From Thecamonas trahens ATCC 50062 (Eukaryota > Protista > Apusomonadida): a stretch of 64,000 bases of DNA. Shown here one piece after another: positions 9,820 to 21,895 of this stretch. A program made the position numbers and the translations under genes. The DNA is taken from the NCBI RefSeq assembly GCF_000142905.1, contig NW_013657656.1, positions 389,308-453,307 on the forward strand, given 5' to 3'. Position 1 is the first letter of the stretch, and every line of letters begins with the position of its first letter. The notes beneath the pieces were generated by a model that worked only from the letters and a program-made list of their open reading frames with translations, had not been told where the DNA came from and ran no database searches.

Positions 9820-11841
9820 GCTCTGGCGCTCGTGCGCAGCCCCAAGACAGATCAAACGCCATCGCATCGGCCTTTTTACCTGCTGCAGAAAGTGTTGCCG
9901 CGACTGCTACGAGTCGCTAACACTCGCGGCCGGAGTCACAGCCCTGAAAAAGCGGCATAACTACATGAAGGACGGTGTCGTGAGGAAAGGGGGGAGGGGA
10001 GGCCGTCGACGGTGATGATGGTGATTTCCCCGGGCCGCTGGCTCGGCGGTTGTTGCACGAAGCCCTTCATATCGTGTGTACGCGAGCTATCGATGGGCGT
10101 TCATGTACACGCGGATCACCGTGCCAATTGCCATGATGTGCTGGCAAAGATGGTCAGCACAGTAAATGCGAGGAAATCTCACGCCGTCAAGCCAGCGGAG
10201 CGACCGCTCGGCCGGCGACCGAGTGTGTGCTCAGAGTTGGCTTGGGCAGCTTTCGCCGTTCTGCAACCTTGCAAGGAGCGAGGACGACTGATCACGTTTT
10301 TTTCACAGTCACCTGCAGCGAGCGTGTTGGTACTGGTAGCGGCCAACTTTTGGATCTGTACGACGACAACTTGCCATCGCCTACCTTGCAGTTAACGAGA
10401 CCTGGCAGCGTTGTGGATGATGGTAGTCTGGCATTCATAGGCTATGGCTACAGCATTGGGTATCGGGAATGATGGAGGGGGACGCTGAGGCTGGGGGGGG
10501 GGGTCGGGAAGATGGGGAGGGGTACCGGCAGGGATGGGGAGTAGGGAACGGGAAGCTGCAGGCTGGGGCCTGGCCAAGTGTGGGCAATCGTCGAGTACCG
10601 GCTGGTGCTCACTGAAGCGTGATCGTTGAGAGTGTGACGACGACGCGATCAAGCCATGGAAGCACACGCCGTGTCGTGACGATGCGGAGGATGTGAAGGG
10701 TGGTGGTAAGAGCGATGGGGTGGTAGGGAGAGGTGGAGAGATGGAGAGGTGGAGAGGTGGCGTTTGGTTGATGGGCGGGTGTCCGATCAGTGGTGGCGGC
10801 GAGCGGGAGCAGACAAAGATGATGGTTCTTCTTCGGGGCGCCGCGATTCGGCTTGAATGGAAGGATTGGCCCTGGACAGGCGACATGCTCAACACACTGA
10901 CTGCAGGCATACTTTGCAGCGCGGTTCCATACGCATGCGTATAAAAAGCGGGTTATCCACGTTTGGGACGGTGAAGGGGGCTAGATGGGGTTTGAGGTGC
11001 CACATCGAGGATGGAGTATGGGCGGTTCCCGCGTGCGGGCCGCCACGTGCACCTCGCTCACTCACCCGACCGACAGAACGGAGAGCGTCATGGCCGAGAC
11101 AGCGAGGAGACGGGCAATCCAAAGGCCAAAGCAGAGCGGTGGGCGGAGTTCTGAGAGCTTGATCTCGTTCTCAACAGAGTCGCAGTCGTTGTAGTTCTCA
11201 AAGTCGAGGTGATACGTCGTCGACATGGTGATGATGATACTTGCTGTTTGACTTGAAGCGAATGGAAATTTAACGCGGTAAAGTGCGGTGTGGCGGTGCG
11301 AGTAGCTGGGTGCGAGTGGCTCTGCCAGACGGGCGAAAACGACACCATTCAAACGTTTCGAACCGGCCAGATATCATCATCACGTCTTCCTCTCCCTCGC
11401 AAGGCAGTATCAAACACTGCACGAAGAACATGGTTGATAGAGGAAGTCAATCAAGGAGGACACTCACTCTATCTTCTTCCCCCAGGCCACCTTGAAGATC
11501 ATCAGCATCAGCCAGGCAGATGGCCTGCCAGTTGGATCGGTTCGTGTGGCATGAGATTTGTTCATTGCAGGATATTCGCCCCCTCACAACCGCAGTCTCC
11601 TCCCCCTCTCTCCCCCCCTCCCTTTCCCATTCAACCGCAGCCTAGCAAGCGTGACTATAGTGACCACCTCTCGCCCACCAACCACACCCCCCCCCCCCCC
11701 CCCCTCCTCCTCCCTCCCCTCCCCTCCCCTCCCCTCTCCCTCCTCCCTCCCACTCCTTCCCTACCCCCCCCCCCTACCCCCTCGCTCTCCCTCCGCCTCA
11801 ACACCCTTCTCCCCTAACCCGCTTCGCTGACTCTGCCGGGT

Positions 11842-14800
11842 ATGACGGACCGTGTTCTGCTGGACCCGTCGACAGTGATGGAGGTGGAGACGGCAGCAGG
11901 GGATGTGTTCCCTGGCTCTTCGGCTACCTTTACCATGCTCATTGATGATCCGTCGCCTGCTGTGGAATGGTACCGGAATATGTTCATTGGTCGTGATCAT
12001 GTTCATTATGTGGCAAGCGATGACGAGGCCCTCGGTGGTGTGGTCATCTTCTCGGTCATGATGACGGCGGTGCAGAAAATCGGTGTCCAGTATCGGATCA
12101 TTGTCTGGTCGGTCAAGTCGATTGTACGCAAAGTCATCGAAGCGCCAGCGCCAATGTCGTTTCCCGACCTCCTCACTGCCGTCGACCCGCACCTTGGCGC
12201 CCATCGCAAGCTCTTTGCCAAGCTCGACCGCGCGCATGTGACCTCGCCCTCGGCGCAGAACACGCTGCTCAAGCTCGAGAATGATGAGCCCAAGCTCCGG
12301 ATCAAGATTGGCGTCCTGTTTGCCAAGCAGGGCCAGACCGAGGAGACCGCCATGTACCAGAACGAGCACGGCTCGCCGGCGTTTGAAGAGTTCCTGGATC
12401 TGTTGGGCGACCGGGTCCGCCTCAAGGGCTTCACTGGGTACTCTGCCCAGCTCGACACGTCACACGACGGCTCAGGCACCCACTCGGTCCACCGCTCCAA
12501 GTTTGCCGGCTACGAGATCATGTTCCACGTCTCGACGCTGCTGCAGTACGACCCGACTGACGAGCAGCGGATCCAGCGAAAGCGGTTCATCGGCAACGAC
12601 ATTGTCATGATTGTGTTTATGGACGGCGACACGACGTACAACATCGAGTGCATGGCGTCACAGTACACCCGGGTTGTCTTTGTTGTCCAACCTATCGACC
12701 ACCCGGAGCTCGGCCCGGCCTACGCTGTCGCCGCAGGTACCATGAAGGGCCTCCGCGCTTTTGGTCCGCCGGTCTACTCGGTCTACCCGCGCTCCGAGGC
12801 CTTTATCGAGACTCTCCTCGCCAAGTGCATCAACGGCGAAAAGGCGACCATGGCGTCGACCGAGTTTGTCATCCGTGACCGCCGAACCCGCAAGGGCTAC
12901 CTCGACATCTTCCACGCCGACTACGCAAACCCCAAGGCGCTGCGCAAGAAGCAGCTGCGCAAGGACAACTCGCTCGAGCTCATTCCGGTCTACACCCAGG
13001 ACCTTGCGGCGTCGACGGCGTCTGCGGCTCAGGCCTTTACCCTCGAGCTCGCCATGGACGCCTTTCCGCACCCGATCTCGGCCGTCGAGACCCACGGCGA
13101 CTCGCTGCTCTTTGGCACGCCCGAGGGTCTTTACATCTCGGCCATCGGCTCGCTCGAGTGTCACAAGGTGGTCAACATGCCGTCCATCTCGCAAATTGTC
13201 GTCTCACCGACCACCGACTCGCTCCTGGTCCGGACCAACAAGCTCATTGTGGCACTCTCGCTTTCAGCTGTCCTCGCCGGCGACTCGCCGGGTGTCGCCG
13301 TGGTCCCGGCGCGCAACCCGTCGGCGGTCGACGTGGCCACCATTGGCGAGACCACGTTCATTGCCGCCGTCCAGTGCTCGGCTGCCGGCGCCTCGGCCAC
13401 CGACGGCTCGTACTCGCTCGAGGTCTTCCATGCTGCTTCTGGTGACATCACTCTCGCAAAGTCGGTCCCGCTCCGCGGCGCGCCGACGGCCCTGGCCATC
13501 GTCCCGTCGCTCCGCGGCGCGCTCATCGGCCTCGACCTGGACTTTGTCTTTGTTCCTTTCACCAACTACTTCTCCATGCCGGTCTGCACCCTCGCTACCA
13601 CCAAGCCGATGCGGACTCGCCTGCTGAAGCTCCCCGATGACGCCATTGCCGGCGCCGGCGCCGCCGACCGTGCCTCGCTCGACTCGGCCGCTGTCGCCAG
13701 ACTCCTCGCCGCCGACGCCCTCACTCCCTCGGCGGCCCACGGCGTCTTTCCGCTCGCAGACTCGGGCGAGACGCTCCTCTGCTACGACACCTTTGGCGTT
13801 GTCCTCAAGTCCGATCTCCAGCTCGACCGCAACCGCATCTTTGAGTGGGTCTCGCCGCCTGTCCACTACTTTGTGGCATCCAACGCCCTCCTCGTCGTCG
13901 TCTATCGCACCTTTTCCGAGGTCTACTCGCTCCGCAACGGCTCATGCATCGAGTCGCATCTCGTCACCTCGCCTGCAGAGTACTTTTGCCGCGGAAACTC
14001 GCTCTACCTGCCGTCATGGGAGCCGCTCACGTCCACTTGCTCGCTCTACCGCCTCCTGCCCAAGCCCTCGCCGTTCCTCGCCGCCAGTGCAGGAAACGCG
14101 CCCCCACCCCTCGCGCGGGCGTACTCCCGCTTCCCGGCACAGCAGTCGAGACCTACGCCTCGGTCGGCGATTGCGACTCGCTGCCGGATGTTGACCAGCT
14201 GAAGAGACCGAGCGGCGCCAAGCCGACGACCGTGGCTGACAGGCTTAAGGCCCGCGCGCCACCTAAGCGGACTCGCTCGGCCTCGGTCTTTGACCGAGTC
14301 TCGATGTTCCAGACAAAGGCCGAGGCCGCAGCCTCGATGCAGGCCCAGCCCAAGAAGCCTACCGCCGCACCGCCTGTCGCTTCGCCGCCGCTCAACAAGT
14401 CGTCGTCATCGCCGTCGGACCTGGCCTCCAAGCTCGAGGCCGCGCGCGCCGCCGCCGCTGCCGACACCGCAGGCGGCTCTGCCGCCGCCCGGACCGTCCC
14501 ACCGCTGGTGCCGTCGGCGTCGGCAGCCTCAGTCGTGCTGGCCAAGCCGTCGTCCAAGCCCACCACTACCCAGCCGTCTTCGCCGTCGTCGCCGTCGTCG
14601 CCGTCGGCCTCGTCGTTTGCCTCCAAGCTCGAGCGCTTCAACTCGGAGGCCGCGCCGGCCCGGGTCCAAAAGGCCGCGCCGCCCGGACGCATCTCCAATG
14701 CCTCGCGCCGCCGCGACTTCCGCTCGCGCCGCCAGCAACTGGCAGTGGCCAAGACCACACGGTCGGCCTCGTCGTCACACGCCCACACTGACGCAGCTGC

Positions 14801-14939
14801 TGCTGCCTCGTCCTCGGCCGCCTCTTCGCGCCAAGCAGAGCGCCAGTCCAAGCGCGCCACCATCAATGACGCCGACGCCTACGACATTGACATCGAGTCG
14901 CTCACCTCCAAGTGGGAGAGTATGGGCATGATCTCGTGA
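11842..14939 (+). CDS. Rap-GAP + CNH domain protein (GARNL3-like) with Ser/Pro-rich tail; one -1 frameshift near 14101-14110
   Basis: KIGVLFAKQGQTEE, FEEFLDLLGDRVRLKGF, EIMFHVSTLL, KRFIGNDIV (Asn thumb). A CNH-like beta region follows. The -1 frame continues to TGA at 14939. Confidence 0.85.
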
Positions 14940-15172
14940 TAAACAAGTCCTCCCCTCAAAAGTTGACAAAGACTTGCACTGTTGTAAACTTTAGTCGTCG
15001 TTGCGGCGAGTGCGACTCGCCCGAGTTTCTGTGTGCCCTGCGACGAAAGTGTGCCGTAACGTCGCCGCATGGAACGTTTTCGTTCCTTACTGCGGAGCAA
15101 TTCACAACGGACACGCGACATCATCACTTGACTCTGCTACTGCACCCGCCAAGGACCATAGTCAACACCATC

Positions 15173-16204
15173 ATGTCGACTCGTGCCATCCGTAGTCTCA
15201 CTCTTGCTCGTGGGAGCATCCGTGTCCATCGAGTTGCAAAGCGCTCGATGTTGACGTTTGGCAACGTCTCCAACGGCAACAACTTTGAGCGCAAGATGCG
15301 ACTCTACGTCGCCAAGGACGACTTGAACCGGTCGGAGAGTATGCGGGCATGTGCCAAGTTGCACCGCGTCGACCACATCAAGGCCTATTATGGCCGCCTT
15401 CAGACCAAGATCTCGGTCCCGCTCTGGGAGTCGGCTTGGAGCCCCTCCCGCAACGGCCAGCTCCCTGGCATGGGTGAGACCGTTCTCATCGCTGGAGTTC
15501 CTTACAAGGTCATCGATGTTGTAGTGAGCCAGTCTCGTAAGAACTTTGTTGTCACCATGCGGCAGATGGCAGAGGACAGCGCGTTGGTCGATGGCCAGGA
15601 CCAGACCCCAGCCCCGGTGTCGTCCCCGCCGGTGGTCGAGGTGCCGCAGCGCCCCCATCTTGTTGCCGATGACGACCACGCATTGTTTGCCACCACGCCT
15701 GACGGAAGTCAGCATGCGCCAAGCTCGCAGCTGCGCCTACAGCCGTCTTCGCCGGTTGCGACTGTTGCGACCGGCGCAACGACGAGCATCGCAAACGACT
15801 CGGCGGCGAGCGGCACGGCTGACGCGCCGATGAGCCGTCGATCGCCCCGCAAGCGGAAGCAGCGTGTGCTTGACAACGTCGCGCCGTCGGTGTGCAAGAA
15901 GCGCAAGACCAACCGAGGGCGGCGAGCAGCACCGGCATTTATCTGGCGTGCGGAGCAGGCCGATGTTCTCCGCGATGTCTACAACTTGATTGCCGTTCGC
16001 GACCCAAACGTCGAGGAGGAGCGCGACATAGACGATGACGATGTCACTTACGCCGCCGAGCTTCTGGCGATCGCATGTGCCAACGTCGGCTGCGAGGACA
16101 ACGAGGAGGCGTTCAAGTTCTGGATGCGCCCGACCTCACGCAAGCGCATTCTCAACAAGCTCAAGCGGATCCGTAGCTCCCTGCAGTGGAAGCGCGCCAG
16201 CTAG
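15173..16204 (+). CDS. Hypothetical nuclear protein with C-terminal homeodomain/Myb-like helical region
   Basis: 343-aa ORF from ATG 15173 with coding-like codon use. NLS-like RKRKQR and KKRK. C-terminus reads FIWRAEQADVLRDVY...TSRKRILNKLKRIR. Confidence 0.6.
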   Translation: MSTRAIRSLTLARGSIRVHRVAKRSMLTFGNVSNGNNFERKMRLYVAKDDLNRSESMRACAKLHRVDHIKAYYGRLQTKISVPLWESAWSPSRNGQLPGMGETVLIAGVPYKVIDVVVSQSRKNFVVTMRQMAEDSALVDGQDQTPAPVSSPPVVEVPQRPHLVADDDHALFATTPDGSQHAPSSQLRLQPSSPVATVATGATTSIANDSAASGTADAPMSRRSPRKRKQRVLDNVAPSVCKKRKTNRGRRAAPAFIWRAEQADVLRDVYNLIAVRDPNVEEERDIDDDDVTYAAELLAIACANVGCEDNEEAFKFWMRPTSRKRILNKLKRIRSSLQWKRAS

Positions 16205-16680
16205 GGTCTCGCGCCGATGTGGAGTACCCTCCAATCATGCTCAACTGCACCCGTACACACCGACATCTCATCTTTGAAACAACATAAATGCACCACCACC
16301 ACAGTAAGCTAGCTTCTCGATGCGCGACTAGACGATCCCCCCCCCCCCCCCCCCCCCCCCTCCCCCCTTTTCCTGCATGCTCGTAGGATGATCGGTCCAG
16401 GCGTTGGGCGGGCGTTGGGCGGGCTTTTGGGCGAATGGGCAAAAAGGCGACTGGGCGACGCCTCGGGTAGAAACGAGGAAAAAAGGCGGGAAACGTGAGC
16501 GAAAAATGGCGCGAACGGTAGCGGGTGAATGGTAGAAGGTAGACAAGACGGGGGAAAGGCAAGGAAGGTGGGGGAGGGGGGGGGAAGCCGGGGAAGGGCA
16601 CGGGCACGGGTACGGACAAGACCTCACTCTGGTTGAAGAGACCAAAAGGGAGGGAGAGAGAGAGTCATTACCCCTTTGGC

Positions 16681-18065
16681 ATGAGCAACAGCATGCGTGT
16701 TGTGTGTGGTAGTCGGTGCATCCCCCTCGGTGAGGCCAACCATGTCGTAGGTCATGTCGGAGGTCACCCTGTCCCTGTCTACCTCCATAGCGACTACCAA
16801 GCACTCTATGAACAAACTGCGGGTGACATGAACGAACTCGCAGCAGAACTGGTGGATGTGTCGGGTGATAAGGCCATGGACTTGGTCCTCCATACCGGCA
16901 TTCACCATCCCCTGTACAAGGCCGTGGCCAAGAATGCTACCACCACAGCCGCCAAGACCACCAAGACGGCCAAGACGGCCGAGACTGCCGCCACCACGGC
17001 TCGTACCACCACAAACACTTGTTTGTATGGCTCGGCTTCTGCCTCTGCCTCTGCTACAGGATCATTCAAGGTCGACTCGGCCAAGCGGACGTACCCCATC
17101 GGCGACTTTTCTTTGGTTGCTACTGGCTCCTCGACCTTGCTCCCGAGCCTGGCTACCTCACGGCTCGTATCTGTACTTCTCCCGCGCCTGGTCCCTCGCC
17201 GATGGTGGTGGAAAAATCCGCCGTGAGTATGGCGGGCAAGTCGATGGCCAAGGGTGGTCTCAGCTCAACCTCGACATCATCGGCCATGGCGAGCATCATG
17301 CCCGAGCTGCCGCCGACGGTGGCCAAGAAGACCGCACAGCTTGCTCTCTCTCCGCTGGATTGGCTTGCCTCTGCCAGCGTCCTGAACAAGGGCGCTGCCG
17401 ACGACGGCATTGACGACGCGGGCTTTGTCCGCCGCTCCACCCGCAAGCGCAAGCTGGCGACCGACGACGACGGCGACGACGCCGGCCGGCCTGGTGATCG
17501 TGCCGGCAGCGACGACGACGACGAGACTGCCAGCGAGCCGCCGGCGGTCAAGAAGCACAAGGGTCTTGCAGCCGCTGCCGGTAGCAGCGACGCCGAGGCG
17601 CCGGTGACCAAGGCCAAGGCCAAGTCGAAGGCCAAGGCCAAGGCCACGTCGAAAGCCAAGTCCAAAGCCAAGTCCAAAGCCAAGTCGCCGTCCAAGACGT
17701 CGGCCAAGAAGGTCAAGCCGACCAAGACAAGCCGCAGCAAGGCGACCGGCAAGACCAAGGCGAGCGGCAAGACCAAGGCGAGCGGCAAGACCAAGGCGAG
17801 CGACAAGAAGGGCAAGGGCAAGGGCAAGAAGGGCAAGGGCAAGAAGGCGGCGTCGCGGTTCCGGTTCGAGCCCGAGCACGTCGAGCTGTTCAAAAAGTAC
17901 TACTTCAAGTCGTTTAACCCACGGTACGCCGTGTCGGACGCCATTGTGGAGGCCATGGCCAAGTTTGTGTCGACCAAGATCGGCAACGACGAGCTGCCGT
18001 ACACCAACAAGCAGATGCGCGGGTGGATCACCTCGTTCCGCCGCAAGCAGGAGATGGGCGCGTAG
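16681..18065 (+). CDS. Putative DNA-binding protein: Lys/Ala-rich (H1-tail-like) linker + divergent homeodomain; one -1 frameshift at 17107-17110
   Basis: One added T joins ORF 16633.. to ORF ..18065. C-terminus RFRFEPEHVELFKKYY...YTNKQMRGWITSFRRK follows the homeodomain helix 1 / helix 3 pattern. An 18-bp repeat encodes GKTKAS x3. Confidence 0.65.
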
Positions 18066-18174
18066 TCCCCTCCTTTGACCCTAAACGGTACGGTCGTTCG
18101 GACGCGTTGTCGCGCGCGTCTCAAAGTGAACAACTCGATGATGCTTGACTTCCAGCTCACCAGCCGACGCCGTG

Positions 18175-19080
18175 TCACGCCTGCTTGGCCTGCGGCTTGA
18201 GGTGGGAGGCGCGCCCGCACGTGATGGCGGCCGACACGTAGACCCCTGCCTGAAAGATGCCCGAGTTGCCGTCGCGGTGACGGACGCCTGGGAGCATGGG
18301 CGGCGCGCGAGGTGCCGTACCGACGACCGGGAAGGAGACCATCAGTGAGTTGAACACAGCGGCCGGACGGGAGAGCGCGAGGACGTTGTGGATCTTCTTG
18401 CGACGGACGAGCTTGCCGGTCGGCGTGGCCGATGCCGACATGAGGAGCGAGGACATGAGGCGGAAGCGCGCGAGGAGTATCGGGTGCTCGACGTCCTCGC
18501 CGAGGCCGACGACCGCCTTGCTCGTGCCCCACTCGGTGAACTTGGTCGAGAGCTTGGGGTCGCCCTTGGCGATGAGCGAGGCGACGATGTCGGCAATCGA
18601 CACCCGTCGGTGGTCGTTGGGCTTGGGCTTGTAATCGCCGGCGATGACGACCAGGCAGTTGGCCAGCGAGAAGGGTGCGAGCTCGCGGGGGAGCTTCTTC
18701 TCGGCAAACTCGGGCGCCGTCGAGCCCTTCTGCTGCCCGTACTTGGCGCGCTTCGGCGACGGGCGCCGTGCGCACGCCTTATCGCCACGCGCCAACTGCG
18801 CGTTGACTCTGAGCATCGTGAGAACCTTGTCAAGGACGAGCATGTCGCGCGACGCGAACGCGCCGGCGAGCGCCGAGCTGATGTCGAGGACGTCCGAGAA
18901 GACGCCCGCGACCGAAAAGTCGACAAAGACGTTGGGGAGCGTACCGTCGACGACAAAGCCCGAGTCGGCGAGCGAGGAGACGTCGTCCAGCGTCGGCGCC
19001 GCGCACGGGAGCGTTCCGTCGGCGAGCGCGGCCTTGAGGTCGGCAAATATGTCCACTCTGGACCGTATAGGGTTAAACAC
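18175..19080 (-). CDS. Hypothetical protein, in frame with and directly after the IQUB stop
   Basis: About 300 codons with strong GC3 coding bias. The first ATG is only at 18843. No family recognised. Confidence 0.55.
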   Translation of the reverse strand: MFNPIRSRVDIFADLKAALADGTLPCAAPTLDDVSSLADSGFVVDGTLPNVFVDFSVAGVFSDVLDISSALAGAFASRDMLVLDKVLTMLRVNAQLARGDKACARRPSPKRAKYGQQKGSTAPEFAEKKLPRELAPFSLANCLVVIAGDYKPKPNDHRRVSIADIVASLIAKGDPKLSTKFTEWGTSKAVVGLGEDVEHPILLARFRLMSSLLMSASATPTGKLVRRKKIHNVLALSRPAAVFNSLMVSFPVVGTAPRAPPMLPGVRHRDGNSGIFQAGVYVSAAITCGRASHLKPQAKQA

Positions 19081-19116
19081 CAGTTGTTTCGCTACTACTG
19101 CCCAGAGGCAGCGGCT

Positions 19117-21233
19117 TTAAGCCAGTGGGCGGGTGTACTCTGAGCGCGACTCGGGCCGTGGCCCGCGGTCTGTAAACGGCGTGGTCGTGGCTGGAGTGGA
19201 GCCTGTGCGCGAGGCGCGTGACGAGGCGCGCGAGGTGCGCGAAGTGGGGCGCGAGGTGGGACGTGACTTGTTGCGCGAAGAGGCGCGCGAGGCGCGCGAT
19301 GAGGCACGCGACGACCGCGACGGCGCGTCGGGCACCACGTTGGGCCGCTTGAGTAGGCCCTCGGGCACGCGCTGGAAGCGGGCAGACTCAGGATTGAACT
19401 CGGGCGTCTCGATAAACTGAAGGAAGAGGTTGAGGAGACGCTTTCGGAGGCCGGCGAGCGAGGCCGGCGAGCGGCCGCGGTTGAGGAGGTCGGCCTCGCG
19501 GTCGATGAGCTCGACAATGTCGCGGGTGAGGTCGCAATCGAACTCCTTGACGGTCCACTTGACGTGGAGTAGCACATCGAGGCGTTCGTCAAGGGTGAGG
19601 TGTGTGAGGCCAAGGCCATGGTACAGGTCGCCGAGCTCCTTGGCGCGGATGGTGAACGGGGTGTGGACCGAGGCGACGGAGCCGTCAGAGAGGCCCCAGA
19701 GCTTGGGCTTTGCCATGAGCGAGAGCGTTGCGTCGATACGGGCCTCGCGGTTCTCGATGTTTGCAGTGTTCCGCAGCCGGTCGATGGTCTGCAGTAGCTT
19801 GGTCTCCTTGGCGAGGAGGTCGGACATGGCGCGCTGGCGCTGGTCAGGAGTGAGCTCGGTGGCGTTGATTTTTGCGATTTCTGCGAGGCGCCAGGCCTCG
19901 AGCTCGTTGTACAGCAGCTCAAAGTCCTTGGCGGTCCGCGGGTGCATGCGGCGTTCGATCTCAACCTGGCGGACGATCTCGGCCTCGCGGAGGCGCTCAG
20001 CCTCCCGGGCGGCAATGATTTGGCGGCGCTCCTCGAGCTCGGCGCGGAGCTTGCGGGCGAGCTTGCGGGCAAAGAAGCCGCGGACGTACGACTGGATCTT
20101 GGTTGCATACTCGATGCGCATCTGGACGACCTCGTCGGCGGTCACGTACTTGCCGCGGGTGAGGACGCGATCGTTGCGGTCGTCGACATACACCGACGAC
20201 GTCGTCATCTGGGTCCCGGCCTCGCGCTGCGACTGCGTCCCGTGGCTCACCACCTTGACGGTCTGAGTTTCACGCGAGAACTTGACCGACGGCTCTTTGT
20301 ACACCTGTTCCTCGCTCGGCCCATCGACCTGCGTCGAAGCGTTGTGGAACTCGACACCGGTGATGCGGTGGCGGAAGCCGCCGAGGAACGGCTTGCGGGC
20401 CACCATCGAGCGGTCGATTGGGCAGTGCGCCGTCGGCTCATCGTTGCTTGCGGCGGCGGCAGGATCCACCACCGGGACGGCGAGAACGGTGAGCGCGACC
20501 TGCGGTGTCGAGTTGGGCTCGATGCCGACCTCAGAGAGCGTTGCGGCGTTGGGGAGCGACTCGCCGCCGTAGGCCAGGGTCAGCTCGGCAGCGCCGAGAT
20601 CGAGCTCCTGGCGGAGCATGGCTTTGACCTCGGCAACCCGCGAGCCAACGCCGACGACAAACCGGCAAGAGTAGCCTGCGGGGAGGACAAGAACCGAGAG
20701 GGTAGCTGGCGGAAGGAGCGCCTCGGCCTCGACCGCCATCTCGCGCTCTACCATGACCGACACCTCGTCATTCGTGATGGCCACCCGCTCACCGCCTCGC
20801 AACACCGTCGCCGCCACCTCGGCTCGCCCACCGCATCAACCTCGAGCGCCTTGTTCCCGTCACGCATGGCACCCGGGGCCGACTGGGCACGGTCGTCGTC
20901 ATTGGCGCTGTGCACGTGATCCGAGCTAACGTCTGTGTTCTCGACCGAGTTGATGTCTGTGTTCTCGGCCGATTTTGCGTCTGCATCTGCGTCAGCATCT
21001 GCATCTGCGTCTGCGTCTGCGTCTGCGTCTGCGACGGCGTCGTCGACCGAGTATGCGTCTGCGTCTGCGTCGTCGGCGTCATCGACCGAGTTTGCGTCGA
21101 CCGAGTTGGTGCTCACGACCGAGTTGCCCACCGAGTCGTCGGCCATAACCTCCTCTGCCTCCTCCTCAACCAGTTTGTTGCTCTCGCTCATGTCGCTTCC
21201 AGAGCCGTCCACGTTCTCGTCCTGCCCCGCCAT

Positions 21234-21266
<33 letters not shown>

Positions 21267-21425
21267 GTCGTGGTCGTTGCTGTTGTTGCTGTTGTCGTTG
21301 TTGTCGTTGTTGTTGTTGTTGTCGTCTTTGGCGAGCAGCTCAGCGGCAGCCTCCCCACCCCCCCCTCCACCACCCGTCAAGGCATGGGCAGGAACAGCTG
21401 CTACTCCCTCGTCCTCGCTACTCAT
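19117..21425 (-). CDS. IQUB: IQ motif and ubiquitin-like domain protein (ciliary radial-spoke associated); one -1 frameshift near 20821-20824
   Basis: Ubl region, KPFLGGFRHRITGVEFHNASTQ, IQ motif IQSYVRGFFARK, RRMHPRTAKDFELLYNELEAWR, RLDVLLHVKWTVKEFDC, FIETPEFNPE. The acidic N-terminal ORF 20748-21425 joins via -1, giving about 769 aa. Confidence 0.9.
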
Positions 21426-21571
21426 CCGGGTCTATCTTGCTGAGAGTAAGGTGTGTTCCCCCGTTGCCCCCCCCCCCCCCCCCCCCCCCCTCGGCCAAAC
21501 GGCTGACTCTGGGCGTTGAGCAGCGAACGGTTGCTTGGCCGCTCTCGCCGTTTTGGGGCTATTGCCATGAG

Positions 21572-21800
21572 TTCCATTGTGGTCAGTCGTGCATCATTAA
21601 TTCCATCGTGGTTAGTCGTAGTTTATGGTTGTCGTTGTGGTTAATCGTGCATCATTAATTCCATCGTGGTTAGTCGTAGTTTATGGTTGTCGTTGTGGTT
21701 AATCGTAGTTTATGGTTGTCGTCGTGGTTAATCGTAGTTAATGGTTAATGGTTGTCGTCGTGGTTAATCGTAGTTTATGGTTGTCGTCGTGGTTAATCGT
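21572..21800. repeat. AT-rich 29-bp minisatellite, about 8 copies, with two unit variants
   Basis: Core GTGGTYARTCGT recurs every 29 bp. Units end in GCATCATTAA or AGTTTATGGT, and there is one 7-bp TAATGGT slip. Confidence 0.9.
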
Positions 21801-21895
21801 GGCTCATCAACAGTGGCATTGCGCGCCCAGCCCTATCTATTCAGCCGGCTTTCTCTCTCTCTCTCTTATCCCTCTTGCGTGCGTTTTACGGCGCA

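Noticed and set aside
10929-10942. Perfect 14-bp palindrome ATACGCATGCGTAT
   Set aside because: A few palindromes of this length are expected by chance in 64 kb.
10889-11226. Short minus-strand ORF MSTTYHLDFENY... ending at a GTGAGT donor-like site
   Set aside because: No convincing in-frame downstream exon was found, so it cannot be supported without transcripts.
17600-17850. Histone H1 gene
   Set aside because: It is only a Lys/Ala-rich low-complexity linker within a larger ORF, with no H1 globular domain.
20975-21320. (GCGTCT)n, (GTCGCC)n and (GTT)n microsatellites
   Set aside because: These are ordinary coding low-complexity repeats (AD, DG, N runs) in the acidic IQUB N-terminus.
21572-21800. 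Possible CRISPR-like array
   Set aside because: Inter-core segments are repeated variants, not unique spacers. There are no cas genes and the context is eukaryotic.
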